Below, one piece after another: positions 38,851-51,789 of a stretch of DNA of 64,000 nt. The notes below the pieces were generated by a model. That model was not told where the DNA came from. It searched no databases and was given only the letters and a program-made list of their open reading frames with translations. This DNA is from Macrostomum hystrix (taxonomy: Eukaryota; Animalia; Platyhelminthes): contig CATNEN010000038.1 of assembly GCA_950097015.1 (NCBI GenBank), positions 8,246,001 to 8,310,000 on the forward strand. The letters are read 5' to 3'. A program made the position numbers and the translations under genes. Numbering within the stretch: position 1 is the first letter of the stretch; each line of letters opens with the position of its first letter.

Positions 38851-39412
38851 AGAAGTATTTGAGATCCTATCTATCTGCTTTGCGTACACCCGCAACAGCC
38901 AATCAGCCTACGTTGCATGGTCCGGACAATGAGAGTTTTAAAGGTAATTGTCACACTCAGGATTCTATACATTAAGGGCTTTTTGACTGAATGAAGCATC
39001 ATTGTTTTGCTTCAAAAGTTTTGCGATTCTGAAAACACACATTCATGACTTTATTTAACAAAGTCTGCGATTTTTTTTTCGTTTTTTTCAGAGGACAGAA
39101 TTATTTGTTATTGTTCATTCTTCCTATTTTTCAAATTGCAGGTTTATATTTTAAGTCTACGAGGCATCATACCTGGGAAATCTCCCATGGTCCACTGGCT
39201 GTGAATGGCGATTCCATATCCCTACAGTAAATAAACTTGATAATTTGGAAAATTTGCAGCGGTTTTGAAGCCTCGTGCAGTTGCTCTGATGAAATTCAAA
39301 CAAAGCAGTCAAGTTTTTCATTGAGGAAGATTTCAGGCATTTTTTCTGAAATATAGGAGTTGATTTAGCCGTTTGTGTGTACAATGTACATACAAAAATA
39401 GCCTGTTCTAAG

Positions 39413-39895
39413 TATGACGAAGTTTCGGTCTCAACGAATAGGCGTAGCAGTTTCGGTTTATTTTACTAGTAAGGTAAATTATCAATTGTTACAACACCTT
39501 GTAGCGGAAAGCACTCTCATGCAATAAGTTGGGCCTTCGAATTGAGAAATCGTCTTTACGGCGAATGCTGCCTATGTCTTTGATGGGTTACAGAGCTACT
39601 CAATGGATTTCATTTGAAACACAGCTACAGCTACAGTTCAGATTAGTCACTGATAAAATAACAACCAGCACTCAGTCGTAGAACAAGCCCGGGGTGAGTG
39701 TGGGAGCCTTCCTGGAAAGGCCTAATAAGCACATTTGAATACGAACTACGACTATGTAGTACACTAAAACAAAACCATTATAAATATTAATGGAAAACCG
39801 AAGAAATATCCCTAACAATTATAGCTAACGAAAATAATGCACTTAATAAGAAATAGCATATTAAAATTACATTAAATTAGAGAGACAACGTCACA
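39413..39895. mobile_element. 483-bp solo LTR
   Basis: TATGACG (one change from TGTGACG)...ACAACGTCACA ends; 4-bp TSD TAAG at 39409-39412 and 39896-39899. The terminus is shared with the 36702-37341 LTR. Confidence 0.6.
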
Positions 39896-40309
39896 TAAGG
39901 ATGTACATCGTTTAGGCTAGTTAGATCGATAAATAATGGGGTGGCTGCTCGAGAGAGAACGCCAGAACCTGCACGAGATAAAAACAGAAAGGATTAATTT
40001 GAGATGGAGCATTGAAACTTGGTTTATTTTATCAATATCATTCTATTTTCTTTTGAATTTATTCTGAATCAAAAGCTTAAAGATATTATATCACTTTTTG
40101 ATGGAGACTCTCACAGACGCGCCTAAATTGACAGCTATCTAAAGATCTAAAGAAAGCTGTCAATAGGTGCATTGGGATCAAAAGAACTGCGAATACAAAA
40201 ATACAAACCTGCATGATGGATTATAGATTGGTACAGTAGTATGATTTATAAAATATGCAAAACATTTGGAAATTCAAGGCTGCATGGATTGCTTAAGAAC
40301 CAAAAAGAA

Positions 40310-40584
40310 CCATCACCTCATCTCACCTCACCTCACCTCATCTCACCTCATCTCACCTCATCTCACCTCACCTCATCTCATCTCACCTCACCTCACCTCA
40401 CCTCACCTCACCTCACCTCATCTCATCTCACCTCACCTCACCTCATCTCACCTCACCTCACCTCACCTCACCTCACCTCACCTCACCTCATCTCACCTCA
40501 CCTCATCTCACCTCACCTCACCTCAACTCACCTCACCTCATCCTCAACTCACCTCACCTCATCTCACCTCACCTCACCTCACCT
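40310..40584. repeat. Pentanucleotide microsatellite (CCTCA/TCTCA)n
   Basis: Direct observation. Confidence 0.95.
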
Positions 40585-40646
40585 GCCCCTTCAAGCAAAG
40601 CCCGCCAGACGGTCTAATGACTGCAGAGTCCCTGATTTGTCCGGTC

Positions 40647-40746
40647 TCACACGCAGGCCGTTCCCGTGCACTTCAGCTGCACTCGGCCCTGTGGCTCCCA
40701 GTTGGCAGCTATGACGATGACGCAGTCGAGACCGCTGCAGATCGAT

Positions 40747-40801
<55 letters not shown>

Positions 40802-42680
40802 AGTTGTATTTGGACGAGGCGCCGCCGCCGCTGAAGCCGCCACCGCCACCGGCAGGGCCAGTGACAGGGCTGGAGCTGTTGCAGCAACCGCCGGCTGCAC
40901 CTCCGCCACCGAAGCCGCCATCGCCGGTTGAGCAGCCCCCGACGCCGGAGCCACCCAGCCAGCCGACCGAGCGACTCAGGCCGGGACCGCCAGAGTTTGA
41001 GTAGCCAAACGACACAGCCGAGCTATTCCAGCCAGCGCCGGGACCGCCACAGGCCAAGTCTGTTGGTTCGCATGGCACCATGCCCGCAGAGCCCAGACTG
41101 CCGCCACTGCCGGTGTAACGATTTCCCGTAGGATTCGAATCCGTGCCATTCGGTCCATCGGTGCCGTGCATGCCTGAAAGAGTTGTCGTCGTCATGGGCA
41201 TGGTGCAAAGCCTGCAGCTGGTCCGTCTCGGGACACAGCGAGGTATATATATATATATGTAGTTTTAGCAGAAACAGAAACTGACTGACTACTCGTAATA
41301 TGCTCAAGCACTCACCACCCTTGTCATAGCCAACACCGCCGCCGCCTCCGGCTGCCAGGAGCAGTTGCAGACTCTCGATGCCACCGTTGCTGACGTACAC
41401 GAAGCTGCCGCCGCCGCCGCCTGCGCCCGACTGGCAGCGTGAGTTGCCGCCAGCCTGGCCCACAACAATGCTTAGTCGTGTACCGGCGGTGAGGTTGAAG
41501 CGACCAGAGGATGAGGCTCCCCTGCCACCGATTGGGCTGGAGCTTGTGCTGTTCCCACCACGGGCTCCGAAGGCCTCGATGCGGTAGCAGCAGGTAGTAT
41601 TGATGGTGACGTTCTGCACAGCTCCGAGCCTGCCAGTCCCGTAGGCTGGATTAGAACCGAGGGTGGATGGTTTAATTGCAAGTAAACTTGCATGTACGAC
41701 TACATTTTCTCTCGATCTCTCTCCGCGGCAGCCACCCCATTTTTATCGATCGTGCCGGCTGAAACACCATTATGGTAAATTGAAATGACGCCCAACCTAC
41801 CAGTTGGTATAACCTCTAAAACTTCTACTCCAGCGGATTCTGTTACTCATTGTTCTCTTCAGCGAGAAAGACATAAGAGTTTTAAAAAAGGTCTTTGATC
41901 TCTCTTTCTTTATCTTTGGCTCCCGTCTGGGCCACAATATATTTTTCTTAGCTGAGCGAGCCGGACGATGAAAAATACTCAAACCAAAAAAACCTTCACA
42001 AAAACTCATACGCGCACACAGAAAACTCTGATAACAATGCCAGTCGCGGAGTGGGGCGGACGGACAAGGGGGTAAGAAAAACCACGCACGAAACATCAAC
42101 CCCTCGCCAAACACTGGCCTACACCTCTCATCACAACACTCATTTTACACTCGGGAATAAAGTTACGTCCTGCTCAAATATAATTCTTGCATTTACAGCC
42201 GTACCGTTGATGACAACACTAATCGTAGCTCGAGTCTTCAGCTGCTGATGGATGTCGTCTGCTTTCCAGACTTCCGCCCCGCCGTGCGCTGGCGTGCTAA
42301 AATTTCTCGTCACGTGACTATCGCTCGGGCCCAGCTGGCCCAATGACTCATCGTTGATGACTAGCAGCTGGCATTGGCGGCTGGTCTCATTCACAACGGC
42401 GACAGCGCAACCTCTCACAAAGCACACCATGACACAGTGAATGTCCGAGATTAAATTTGGCTCGTTAATCAGGCTGCTGCTTACGGAGCTATCAATCAAA
42501 ATTGGGTTGTTATTCGAAACGAGTTGAAAATCACCCTTAGGACCGCCTGCAGCAGCTCCCGTCACTGAAACAGGTGCGATTGAGTGAAAAAGCCAAAAGC
42601 TTGAAACAACTGAATGCATGAACTCCGCACTTACGGGCTGTGCGAACAAGCAGCAGAGCAACAAATACCAGCAGATGCAT
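40647..42680 (-). CDS. Secreted protein: signal peptide, PAN/apple-like module and ALK/LTK-type glycine-rich domain
   Basis: Exons 42635-42680, 42205-42564, 41316-41645, 40647-41173 (GT-AG, all phase 1). Signal MHLLVFVALLLVRTALTG. PAN-like HCVMVCFVRGCAVAVVNETSRQCQL. Glycine-rich hallmarks YRIEAFGARGG, GGRGASSSGRFNLTAGTRLSIVVGQAG, GGGGGSFVY, LLAAGGGGG, GGFGGGG, GGGGGFSGG, GRVQL. No TM helix or kinase. Confidence 0.8.
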
Positions 42681-44223
42681 TGTTTTTGTAAGTTTAACGT
42701 TAGTTAAAGTTAAAGCTTTTCGACGAACAGGAGCAGACAGAAGCATGCATTAAAAGCCAGTGTGAGATGGCTTATTTATACACGTAGGCGCCAAGCCACT
42801 CGGCAGCCAATCAAAGCGCGATCCATTGAGCCTCCTACTTTCGTATCTTAGAGACTATCTGCAACTTCCACTGGATGGTCCGATCTCTCTGCCATATCTG
42901 ATATAAATAATATTCGGCAACAACGGCCCTGTTCCCATGCAATGCCTTCCAGGCTATGCATCGGAATCACTGACATGAAATATTGAATAATCAAAATTAC
43001 TAATCATAGTTCTTTGCTTCTTTAAAAACTTTTTTCTTTTTAGCATTATACAATTGAGATGCTGTACAGGTCGAAAAAAAGAATTTTTGAACTCTTTAAA
43101 CTTAGCATTTTGCATTGCTTTTATGGCACCCAAGTCGTGACGAGAATAACTAAAGTTATACGAGTATATCGGTCTTTATCTAATTCGTGTTTCGGCGACC
43201 CTGATTAAACATGATCAAGAGAAATTAAGTTAAATTAGCTAGATTAAGGCGCCGCTACTGTACTGATGCCACGTGGAGCTCGTTAATCGTATTTGAAGGA
43301 GCTAATTATGAGCACATAATAGGGCCTTGACTTAGCTACAGGTTCATCGGGCCGAGCGGATGCAGCTAGTATAGGTGGAGAGGACCGGCCATTTTGCTGG
43401 CCCCTTGCCTTAGATTTTAGGGGATGGTGGCTACCCAAAATGCAGAGTTAATTAAGTGCAGTATTTTTGTGCGGTAAATTGTCTCTCTCTATTTGCGCTG
43501 TCTGTCTATAATAACTGCCATGGAATATTCGACAACTATACTAAACGTCTCTTAGACAATAAATTTATAATTGTCCCAAAATATAACTGAATTTTCGTTT
43601 ATAAATTGTTCGGCCTATTTATTCGGGTGTATGAATAGCGAGCGAGCGGACTAGCGCTAGCGAATCCGCTACAGCGAATCAATGTTAGCAAAGGTCGGCT
43701 TGCAGATTTTCTGCAAATATCGTGCTCTATTACTATTAGTGACCATTAAATTATGGCAAAAGCTTCAATTTAAAATTCATTTTAATTTTTCTGGCATGCT
43801 CTATACAAAATTAGTTACTTTTAATTTTGCGCCTACGCTTTCTTAATTAACGTATTAGTTAGATACAACTAGTGTTATGTATAAATAATTGTTTATTTAA
43901 ATCTTTCCAGGAAAGAAAAACAACTAAGTCCTATATTATAATATCATGTTACGTTACGTTGATTGCTGGTGTGGGTTTTTCACACCCCAGACCACGTATT
44001 AATTTCCCAATTGACATTCACATTCACATTCACATTCAAACAAGAGTATTGTAACTTAAAAAATAACCATTCAATTACAGCGAAACTTACAAGATCTTCT
44101 GATGCAATTAAGATAACGTTCCAAAATAAATATAATTTATTTTTATCAATGCATAAAAGAATTACTCTGCTTTGAAGTTTGTTCCTATCTCCGCAGTGTA
44201 TATTCTTGTACTTTCAAAAAGTA

Positions 44224-47200
44224 ACTTCTACTGCATCAATCGCAGTGAAAATTTACAAAACCTCTGATGCAATCGAGTTGATTGGATGTGTAAAATTTCA
44301 GACTGATTCATGAAAGCGTCTGCGGGTTATTCAATGTTAAAGTGTGTTTCGTATCTCCGTAGTGTATTTTTGGGAGCCAGCTTGACATTCGCAGGCAGAC
44401 ACTTCTACTGCATCAATCGCAATGAAAATTTACAAAACCTCTGATGCAATCGAGTTGATTGGATGAGTAAAATTTCAGGCTGATTCATGAATGCGTCTGC
44501 GGGTTATTCAATGTTAAAGTGTGTTTCGTATCTCCGTAGTGTAATATTTTTGGGAGCCAGCTTGACATTCGCAGGCAGACACTTCTACTGCATCAATCGC
44601 AATGAAAATTTACAAAACCTCTGATGCAATCGAGTTGATTGGATGTGTAAAATTTCAGGCTGATTCATGAAAGCGTCTGCGGGTTATTCAATGTTAAAGT
44701 GTGTTTCGTATCTCCGTAGTGTATTTTTGGGAGCCAGCTTGACATTCGCAGGCAGACACTTCTACTGCATCAATCGCAATGAAAATTTACAAAACCTCTG
44801 ATGCAATCGAGTTGATTGGATGTGTAAAATTTCAGACTGATTCATGAAAGCGTCTGCGGGTTATTCAATGTTAAAGTGTGTTTCGTATCTCCGTAGTGTA
44901 ATATTTTTGGGAGCCAGCTTGACATTCGCAGGCAGACACTTCTACTGCATCAATCGCAATGAAAATTTACAAAACCTCTGATGCAATCGAGTTGATTGGA
45001 TGTGTAAAATTTCAGACTGATTCATGAAAGCGTCTGCGGGTTATTCAATGTTAAAGTGTGTTCGTATCTCCGTAGTGTATTTTTGGGAGCCAGCTTGACA
45101 TTCGCAGGCAGACACTTCTACTGCATCAATCGCAATGAAAATTTACAAAACCTCTGATGCAATCGAGTTGATTGGATGTGTAAAATTTCAGACTGATTCA
45201 TGAAAGCGTCTGCGGGTTATTCAATGTTAAAGTGTGTTTCGTATCTCCGTAGTGTATTTTTGGGAGCCAGCTTGACATTCGCAGGCAGACACTTCTACTG
45301 CATCAATCGCAATGAAAATTTACAAAACCTCTGATGCAATCGAGTTGATTGGATGTGTAAAATTTCAGGCTGATTCATGAAAGCGTCTGCGGGTTATTCA
45401 ATGTTAAAGTGTGTTTCGTATCTCCGTAGTGTAATATTTTTGGGAGCCAGCTTGACATTCGCAGGCAGACACTTCTACTGCATCAATCGCAATGAAAATT
45501 TACAAAACCTCTGATGCAATCGAGTTGATTGGATGTGTAAAATTTCAGACTGATTCATGAAAGCGTCTGCGGGTTATTCAATGTTAAAGTGTGTTCGTAT
45601 CTCCGTAGTGTATTTTTGGGAGCCAGCTTGACATTCGCAGGCAGACACTTCTACTGCATCAATCGCAATGAAAATTTACAAAACCTCTGATGCAATCGAG
45701 TTGATTGGATGTGTAAAATTTCAGACTGATTCATGAAAGCGTCTGCGGGTTATTCAATGTTAAAGTGTGTTTCGTATCTCCGTAGTGTATTTTTGGGAGC
45801 CAGCTTGACATTCGCAGGCAGACACTTCTACTGCATCAATCGCAATGAAAATTTACAAAACCTCTGATGCAATCGAGTTGATTGGATGAGTAAAATTTCA
45901 GGCTGATTCATGAATGCGTCTGCGGGTTATTCAATGTTAAAGTGTGTTTCGTATCTCCGTAGTGTATTTTTGGGAGCCAGCTTGACATTCGCAGGCAGAC
46001 ACTTCTACTGCCTCAATCGCAATGCAAATTTACAAAACCTCTGATGCAATCGAGTTGATTGGATGTGTAAAATTTCAGGCTGATTCATGAAAGCGTCTGC
46101 GGGTTATTCAATGTTAAAGTGTGTTCGTATCTCCGTAGTGTATTTTTGGGAGCCAGCTTGACATTCGCAGGCAGACACTTCTACTGCATCAATCGCAATG
46201 AAAATTTACAAAACCTCTGATGCAATCGAGTTGATTGGATGTGTAAAATTTCAGACTGATTCATGAAAGCGTCTGCGGGTTATTCAATGTTAAAGTGTGT
46301 TTCGTATCTCCGTAGTGTATTTTTGGGAGCCAGCTTGACATTCGCAGGCAGACACTTCTACTGCATCAATCGCAATGAAAATTTACAAAACCTCTGATGC
46401 AATCGAGTTGATTGGATGTGTAAAATTTCAGGCTGATTCATGAAAGCGTCTGCGGGTTATTCAATGTTAAAGTGTGTTTCGTATCTCCGTAGTGTATTTT
46501 TGGGAGCCAGCTTGACATTCGCAGGCAGACACTTCTACTGCCTCAATCGCAATGAAAATTTACAAAACCTCTGATGCAATCGAGTTGATTGGATGTGTAA
46601 AATTTCAGGCTGATTCATGAAAGCGTCTGCGGGTTATTCAATGTTAAAGTGTGTTTCGTATCTCCGTAGTGTAATATTTTTGGGAGCCAGCTTGACATTC
46701 GCAGGCAGACACTTCTACTGCATCAATCGCAATGAAAATTTACAAAACCTCTGATGCAATCGAGTTGATTGGATGTGTAAAATTTCAGACTGATTCATGA
46801 AAGCGTCTGCGGGTTATTCAATGTTAAAGTGTGTTCGTATCTCCGTAGTGTATTTTTGGGAGCCAGCTTGACATTCGCAGGCAGACACTTCTACTGCATC
46901 AATCGCAATGAAAATTTACAAAACCTCTGATGCAATCGAGTTGATTGGATGTGTAAAATTTCAGACTGATTCATGAAAGCGTCTGCGGGTTATTCAATGT
47001 TAAAGTGTGTTTCGTATCTCCGTAGTGTATTTTTGGGAGCCAGCTTGACATTCGCAGGCAGACACTTCTACTGCATCAATCGCAATGAAAATTTACAAAA
47101 CCTCTGATGCAATCGAGTTGATTGGATGAGTAAAATTTCAGGCTGATTCATGAATGCGTCTGCGGGTTATTCAATGTTAAAGTGTGTTTCGTATCTCCGT

Positions 47201-50200
47201 AGTGTATTTTTGGGAGCCAGCTTGACATTCGCAGGCAGACACTTCTACTGCCTCAATCGCAATGCAAATTTACAAAACCTCTGATGCAATCGAGTTGATT
47301 GGATGTGTAAAATTTCAGGCTGATTCATGAAAGCGTCTGCGGGTTATTCAATGTTAAAGTGTGTTCGTATCTCCGTAGTGTATTTTTGGGAGCCAGCTTG
47401 ACATTCGCAGGCAGACACTTCTACTGCATCAATCGCAATGAAAATTTACAAAACCTCTGATGCAATCGAGTTGATTGGATGTGTAAAATTTCAGACTGAT
47501 TCATGAAAGCGTCTGCGGGTTATTCAATGTTAAAGTGTGTTTCGTATCTCCGTAGTGTATTTTTGGGAGCCAGCTTGACATTCGCAGGCAGACACTTCTA
47601 CTGCATCAATCGCAATGAAAATTTACAAAACCTCTGATGCAATCGAGTTGATTGGATGTGTAAAATTTCAGGCTGATTCATGAAAGCGTCTGCGGGTTAT
47701 TCAATGTTAAAGTGTGTTTCGTATCTCCGTAGTGTATTTTTGGGAGCCAGCTTGACATTCGCAGGCAGACACTTCTACTGCCTCAATCGCAATGAAAATT
47801 TACAAAACCTCTGATGCAATCGAGTTGATTGGATGTGTAAAATTTCAGGCTGATTCATGAAAGCGTCTGCGGGTTATTCAATGTTAAAGTGTGTTTCGTA
47901 TCTCCGTAGTGTAATATTTTTGGGAGCCAGCTTGACATTCGCAGGCAGACACTTCTACTGCATCAATCGCAATGAAAATTTACAAAACCTCTGATGCAAT
48001 CGAGTTGATTGGATGTGTAAAATTTCAGGCTGATTCATGAAAGCGTCTGCGGGTTATTCAATGTTAAAGTGTGTTTCGTATCTCCGTAGTGTATTTTTGG
48101 GAGCCAGCTTGACATTCGCAGGCAGACACTTCTACTGCATCAATCGCAATGAAAATTTACAAAACCTCTGATGCAATCGAGTTGATTGGATGTGTAAAAT
48201 TTCAGACTGATTCATGAAAGCGTCTGCGGGTTATTCAATGTTAAAGTGTGTTTCGTATCTCCGTAGTGTATTTTTGGGAGCCAGCTTGACATTCGCAGGC
48301 AGACACTTCTACTGCATCAATCGCAATGAAAATTTACAAAACCTCTGATGCAATCGAGTTGATTGGATGTGTAAAATTTCAGGCTGATTCATGAAAGCGT
48401 CTGCGGGTTATTCAATGTTAAAGTGTGTTTCGTATCTCCGTAGTGTAATATTTTTGGGAGCCAGCTTGACATTCGCAGGCAGACACTTCTACTGCATCAA
48501 TCGCAATGAAAATTTACAAAACCTCTGATGCAATCGAGTTGATTGGATGTGTAAAATTTCAGACTGATTCATGAAAGCGTCTGCGGGTTATTCAATGTTA
48601 AAGTGTGTTCGTATCTCCGTAGTGTATTTTTGGGAGCCAGCTTGACATTCGCAGGCAGACACTTCTACTGCCTCAATCGCAATGCAAATTTACAAAACCT
48701 CTGATGCAATCGAGTTGATTGGATGTGTAAAATTTCAGGCTGATTCATGAAAGCGTCTGCGGGTTATTCAATGTTAAAGTGTGTTCGTATCTCCGTAGTG
48801 TATTTTTGGGAGCCAGCTTGACATTCGCAGGCAGACACTTCTACTGCATCAATCGCAATGCAAATTTACAAAACCTCTGATGCAATCGAGTTGATTGGAT
48901 GTGTAAAATTTCAGGCTGATTCATGAAAGCGTCTGCGGGTTATTCAATTTTAAAGTGTGTTTCGTATCTCCGTAGTGTATTTTTGGGAGCCAGCTTGACA
49001 TTCGCAGGCAGACACTTCTACTGCCTCAATCGCAATGAAAATTTACAAAACCTCTGATGCAATCGAGTTGATTGGATGTGTAAAATTTCAGACTGATTCA
49101 TGAAAGCGTCTGCGGGTTATTCAATGTTAAAGTGTGTTTCGTATCTCCGTAGTGTATTTTTGGGAGCCAGCTTGACATTCGCAGGCAGACACTTCTACTG
49201 CATCAATCGCAATGAAAATTTACAAAACCTCTGATGCAATCGAGTTGATTGGATGTGTAAAATTTCAGGCTGATTCATGAAAGCGTCTGCGGGTTATTCA
49301 ATGTTAAAGTGTGTTTCGTATCTCCGTAGTGTAATATTTTTGGGAGCCAGCTTGACATTCGCAGGCAGACACTTCTACTGCATCAATCGCAATGAAAATT
49401 TACAAAACCTCTGATGCAATCGAGTTGATTGGATGTGTAAAATTTCAGGCTGATTCATGAAAGCGTCTGCGGGTTATTCAATGTTAAAGTGTGTTTCGTA
49501 TCTCCGTAGTGTATTTTTGGGAGCCAGCTTGACATTCGCAGGCAGACACTTCTACTGCATCAATCGCAATGAAAATTTACAAAACCTCTGATGCAATCGA
49601 GTTGATTGGATGTGTAAAATTTCAGACTGATTCATGAAAGCGTCTGCGGGTTATTCAATGTTAAAGTGTGTTTCGTATCTCCGTAGTGTATTTTTGGGAG
49701 CCAGCTTGACATTCGCAGGCAGACACTTCTACTGCATCAATCGCAATGAAAATTTACAAAACCTCTGATGCAATCGAGTTGATTGGATGTGTAAAATTTC
49801 AGGCTGATTCATGAAAGCGTCTGCGGGTTATTCAATGTTAAAGTGTGTTTCGTATCTCCGTAGTGTAATATTTTTGGGAGCCAGCTTGACATTCGCAGGC
49901 AGACACTTCTACTGCATCAATCGCAATGAAAATTTACAAAACCTCTGATGCAATCGAGTTGATTGGATGTGTAAAATTTCAGGCTGATTCATGAAAGCGT
50001 CTGCGGGTTATTCAATGTTAAAGTGTGTTTCGTATCTCCGTAGTGTATTTTTGGGAGCCAGCTTGACATTCGCAGGCAGACACTTCTACTGCATCAATCG
50101 CAATGAAAATTTACAAAACCTCTGATGCAATCGAGTTGATTGGATGTGTAAAATTTCAGACTGATTCATGAAAGCGTCTGCGGGTTATTCAATGTTAAAG

Positions 50201-50907
50201 TGTGTTTCGTATCTCCGTAGTGTAATATTTTTGGGAGCCAGCTTGACATTCGCAGGCAGACACTTCTACTGCATCAATCGCAATGAAAATTTACAAAACC
50301 TCTGATGCAATCGAGTTGATTGGATGTGTAAAATTTCAGGCTGATTCATGAAAGCGTCTGCGGGTTATTCAATGTTAAAGTGTGTTTCGTATCTCCGTAG
50401 TGTAATATTTTTGGGAGCCAGCTTGACATTCGCAGGCAGACACTTCTACTGCATCAATCGCAATGAAAATTTACAAAACCTCTGATGCAATCGAGTTGAT
50501 TGGATGTGTAAAATTTCAGACTGATTCATGAAAGCGTCTGCGGGTTATTCAATGTTAAAGTGTGTTCGTATCTCCGTAGTGTATTTTTGGGAGCCAGCTT
50601 GACATTCGCAGGCAGACACTTCTACTGCCTCAATCGCAATGCAAATTTACAAAACCTCTGATGCAATCGAGTTGATTGGATGTGTAAAATTTCAGGCTGA
50701 TTCATGAAAGCGTCTGCGGGTTATTCAATGTTAAAGTGTGTTCGTATCTCCGTAGTGTATTTTTGGGAGCCAGCTTGACATTCGCAGGCAGACACTTCTA
50801 CTGCCTCAATCGCAATGCAAATTTACAAAACCTCTGATGCAATCGAGTTGATTGGATGTGTAAAATTTCAGACTGATTCATGAAAAGCGTCTGCGGGTTA
50901 TTCAATG
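44224..50907 (+). repeat. Satellite array, 176/177/180-bp monomer, ~38 copies (left arm)
   Basis: Monomer CTTCTACTGCATCAATCGCAATGAAAATTTACAAAACCTCTGATGCAATCGAG...GCAGGCAGACA. Few recurrent variant sites. Confidence 0.97.
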
Positions 50908-51625
50908 TGTTGTGATTTAATAGTTTCTATGTACTGTATTTAATAGTTTCTATGTACTGTATTTTTCGGTGCACTTTCACAGTCGCGTTGCACTTTGAGT
51001 CGCCCCCCTGCCCCTTTCTTGCTCTGCGCCTGCCTGCCTATCAATTTCTCCCACCCCTGGCGTCTGATTGGTTGAGCTAAGACGTTGGGTACCCCCGGTT
51101 ATTGTCATCTTCCGTTCATGCCCTCTCATTGGTTCGCGGCTCGCCCAGTTGTCTTATTGACCCTGCGTGATTGGCGAGGCTGCGACTGGTTCTCTCTGTT
51201 ACTGTCTCTTACTTTCTCTCTCTACCCTGCAGCTTAGCCGTGATCGGGTATTACCCTGCTCACCCTGGGTGAGCAGGTCTTATTTATTGGCGTGCGCGCG
51301 CTCGTCCCCCTCGGACGTGACTGTTTTGTTTTGTTGAGCACCCCAACCACCGCCTACCAGACAAAATACATCAACTCAGCCAGCTCTCCCGAGCGCAAAC
51401 CCGCACTGCAAGCCTACGTAAGTGTCGTCTGCCTCTGTCTTTTCGGGTTCAGTCACTAGGACTTTGTCGCCAGGGCCTGTGCATTCGTTGCGACCTTGGT
51501 TGCCGGCTTACTGCCTGTGCGTCTAGTGCGACAGTAGGCCGACACATAGTAGGACGGAAGTGCTGAACCTCCCTGCTCGTCCTGAGCGAGAGGCGAAGCC
51601 GGCTGGCCCGTCTCGGGACACAACA
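50908..51625 (+). mobile_element. 5' LTR (718 bp) of a Gypsy-like retrotransposon
   Basis: TGTTGTG...CACAACA terminal inverted repeat; interrupts a satellite monomer; followed directly by PBS and gag. Confidence 0.85.
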
Positions 51626-51626
51626 T

Positions 51627-51644
51627 TGGTGTCGTGACCAGGAT
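51627..51644 (+). promoter_or_regulatory. Primer binding site, tRNA-His-like
   Basis: TGGTGTCGTGACCAGGAT, 1 nt after the LTR; close to the complement of the tRNA-His 3' end (TGGTGCCGTGACTCGGAT). Confidence 0.75.
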
Positions 51645-51789
51645 AGTTCGTGCCTGTTAGGATCCTCGACCCCATGTGTTAATTAGCTTAGGGATTCTGT
51701 TCAGGAGGGGTGTTTTCTAGGACTTTTGTCAGTGCTTTGTTGTTGCCGTGAGATTTTTTATCTTGTGATTCGAGGATTTTGTTGTCGTC

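Noticed and set aside
40241-40931. SPHLT / poly-Ala ORFs on the + strand
   Set aside because: Pentanucleotide microsatellite plus the antisense of the glycine-rich exon.
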